A DNA stretch of 64,000 nucleotides, taken from positions 186,001 to 250,000 of the forward strand of contig JAAOMT010000483.1 of the NCBI GenBank assembly GCA_016748015.1, written 5' to 3'. The notes under the pieces were generated by a model. That model saw only the letters and a program-made list of their open reading frames with translations, ran no database searches and was not told the origin of the DNA. Positions 61,501 to 64,000 of the stretch are shown piece by piece. A program made the position numbers and the translations under genes. The stretch comes from Geosiphon pyriformis uo1 (taxonomy: Eukaryota; Fungi; Glomeromycota). Numbering within the stretch: the first letter of the stretch is position 1; every line of letters starts with the position of its first letter.

Positions 61501-63252
61501 CTCAGAGAAAACTGGATGGAAGAGAACATCCAGTAGCATATGCCAGTTGAAGTTTAAGTCCAGCAGAAAAAAACTATAAAACACCAGTGCTAGAACACTT
61601 AACTATTTACTAAGCAGTTATCAAATAGAAGAAATATTTGAGCCAAAAGTTCAATGTATATACTAATCACAAGGGATTGACTTTAATTCAGAAACAAAAA
61701 TTCAGAGATGATTGCCATGCAAGATAAAAAATAGAATTATCACTATTCAATTATATAGTGTATTATAAAAAAAGAAAAAAAAAACAGAAATACTAATGGT
61801 TTGTTACAAATAAAACAAATCTGAGAACATTTCAACTCAAAAATATAACAAAAAATGAATTCACAAAAATATCAACAACTTCAACAATATATTGATACCC
61901 AATTGTTCAAAGAAAAATTATTTCAAAAAGAACAAAGCAACATAAAACAACAATCCAAATATTTTATCAACCACCAAAATATATTATATTGAAAAAATAA
62001 AAAAGATCCAGACCAATTACTTAGAGTAATTACAGAATCAAAAAAAGAAACAATACTATTTAATATGTACTCAAATTCAACAGCAAAACATTTTCATAAA
62101 GAAGCAACTATAGAAAGAACCAGAAAAAGATACTATTGGCCATCCATATATCCAGATATTATTTAATATGTTCAAAATTGTAATGCTTGTTAAAGAAGAG
62201 GAGGAACAAGACCCAGCAAGCCATTAAGACCAATTAAAATAGAACAACCATTCAATTGTATTGGAATTAACTTAGTCAGACCACTAACAATTACCAGCAG
62301 AGAAAACAGATATATTGCAGTAGCTATAAACTATCTCACAAAATGGCCAAAAGCAAAAGCAATTCAAAGAACAAATGCAAAATCCATTACCAAATTCATT
62401 TATCAAGACTTAATTTAACATAGATGTCCAAAAAAATTGTTATCAGACCAAGGAACTTACTTTGTGAACAGAATATTGGCAGAATTAAGTCAAAGATTTT
62501 GGAATTAAATGACCATTATCATCACCATATTATCCACAAACCAATGGTTTAGTTGAAAGATTCAATAGAACACTATGTGAAACAATTGCTAAAATCAGTC
62601 AAAAAACCAGGACAAATAAGATTTGTTTATACCATCAGTATTATTTGCTTATTGAACAATAAAGCAAGATACTACATAAACAATACCATTTAAATTGGTA
62701 TATTATAGAACAGCAACACTATTAGTCGAAATAAAAGTCAAGACATATCTAATTGAACCAATAACAGAAGACAATTTTCAAGAAACATTGTTGAGAAAAA
62801 CATATAACTTAATAGAAATACTAGAAAACAAATAACGAAAAACAGCTAATAACATCCAAAAGTTACAAAAAAAACAAAAAAAATGACATAATAACCAATT
62901 ACCAGATAAACCAGTTGAATTTAGGATTGGAAACAGAATACTTTTACATTATACCAAAGTGGAAAAACAATGGAGTAGAAAATTTGACCCCAAATAGAAT
63001 AGACCATTTCACATAAAAAAAATTCTAGGGAATAAAGCTTATAAATTAAGATGGAACAACAAAATCTTAACCAAAACAGCACATGATAATCGACTAAAAC
63101 TCTATTACCACACACCATTATTTACCAATAATATTCCACAACTGGGAGTACAAAGAATACTAGTAAGACCAGATAAGATTCCACAAGATTTAGAACCAAT
63201 TATATGCATTGAAACAAAACACATTGATCTGATTTACCAAAACAATATATAA
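58578..63252 (+). pseudogene. pol: pol remainder of element F (Cys-rich domain, dUTPase about 59620-59995, RT, RH, IN)
   Basis: dUTPase NAKFDLRYP and ASKNSLA..RGIIDIGY; RT IYLNDTN; integrase collinear with element A. Confidence 0.9.
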
Positions 63253-63285
63253 GGAACCAAAACACGTAACAATAACAACAGAAAA

Positions 63286-63945
63286 ATGAAAATTCCAGAC
63301 CATATTTATCAACTAGCACAACAATTATTTTAGGCCATAAATTAATAACAAACAGACATAAAAATAATGATCAATCATCAAACCATCTACTATAAAAACA
63401 CTAAAAAAAAAGGAAAAAGACTACACTATATTAATGAACACACAAAAAAATTAGCAATAATATTAACAAAATTGTTAAGAAAGTAAAAAGCACTCTTGAA
63501 AAACCAACTGTTATTGTCTAATTAAGAAAAATGATAACAGAAAATTGGAATCAATGGATAGAACAATTTCCAGTTTTATATTGCTATTAACATTTGGAAC
63601 AAAAATTAATAATTCAGAATTTATATATGGATCAAACCAAAAAAGTCTTTGATCAAAAAATTATACAAGACATAGAAAACTTTATTGAAAAGAAATCTAA
63701 TTCGGATATATACATCAAAACTATCTACCAAATATACACATCTTTCAAGACTATCCAGAAATACTATTACAATCAGAAATTAGTAGCTTATCTGTTAATC
63801 AATGGGGAAAAATAACCAACAGCCAGTTTAAGAAACTCCATAGAACAATAGATAAAATAATTTTAGAAAAGAAAGTTATGGAATTATTACAAAAAAAAAT
63901 ATTAGGAGATTTTGATGGAGCTCAATATTAAAAAGGAGAAAATAA
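63286..63945 (+). pseudogene. ORF3 of element F
   Basis: ATG at 63286 gives MKIPDHIYQLAQQLF*AI...; later NWNQWIEQFP and IQNLYMDQTKKVFD. Confidence 0.75.
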
Positions 63946-64000
63946 TATTACACTTAGAAAAGAAAAAAATAAGACATAATTAAAAAAAGAGAAAACACAT

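Larger units (their letters stand above)
44818..64000 (+). mobile_element. A-family LTR element F, full internal region; 3' LTR truncated by the window end
   Basis: 5' LTR 44818-45756 and PBS; PPT AAAAGGAGAAAATAA at 63931-63945; the 3' LTR from 63946 matches the start of the 5' LTR. Hosts element B. Confidence 0.92.

Overview
No host genes, RNA genes or CRISPR arrays were found. The whole 64 kb window is a nested pile of eukaryotic transposable elements, most likely from an early-diverging fungus. From memory, the peptides resemble Glomeromycotina/Geosiphon repeats; this is unverified. The base layer is three LINE-type non-LTR elements (ORF1 with RRM-like domains and a CCHC knuckle; ORF2 with APE-RT-RNase H). 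One LINE can be rebuilt to about 6.7 kb with a poly(A) tail and a candidate TSD. Inserted into these are Ty3/Gypsy-type LTR elements from three LTR families (here called A, B and C): six autonomous-type copies (one seen only as LTR plus partial gag), one 2.9 kb non-autonomous derivative and three solo LTRs. A decayed IS630/Tc1/mariner-type DDE transposon is also present. Every paired LTR junction has TGTTA..TAACA-like ends and a 4-bp TSD, some with mismatches. All three LTR families share an unusual architecture: gag(CCHC) - protease - Cys-rich domain - dUTPase - degenerate dUTPase-like domain - RT - RNase H - integrase(GPF), followed by a conserved non-membrane third ORF in the env position. 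They also share a U5 inverted repeat that pairs with the PBS and a GAGCTC motif just before the PPT. All copies are pseudogenised, largely by C>T/G>A transitions. LTR and TSD coordinates were read directly; domain boundaries are approximate.
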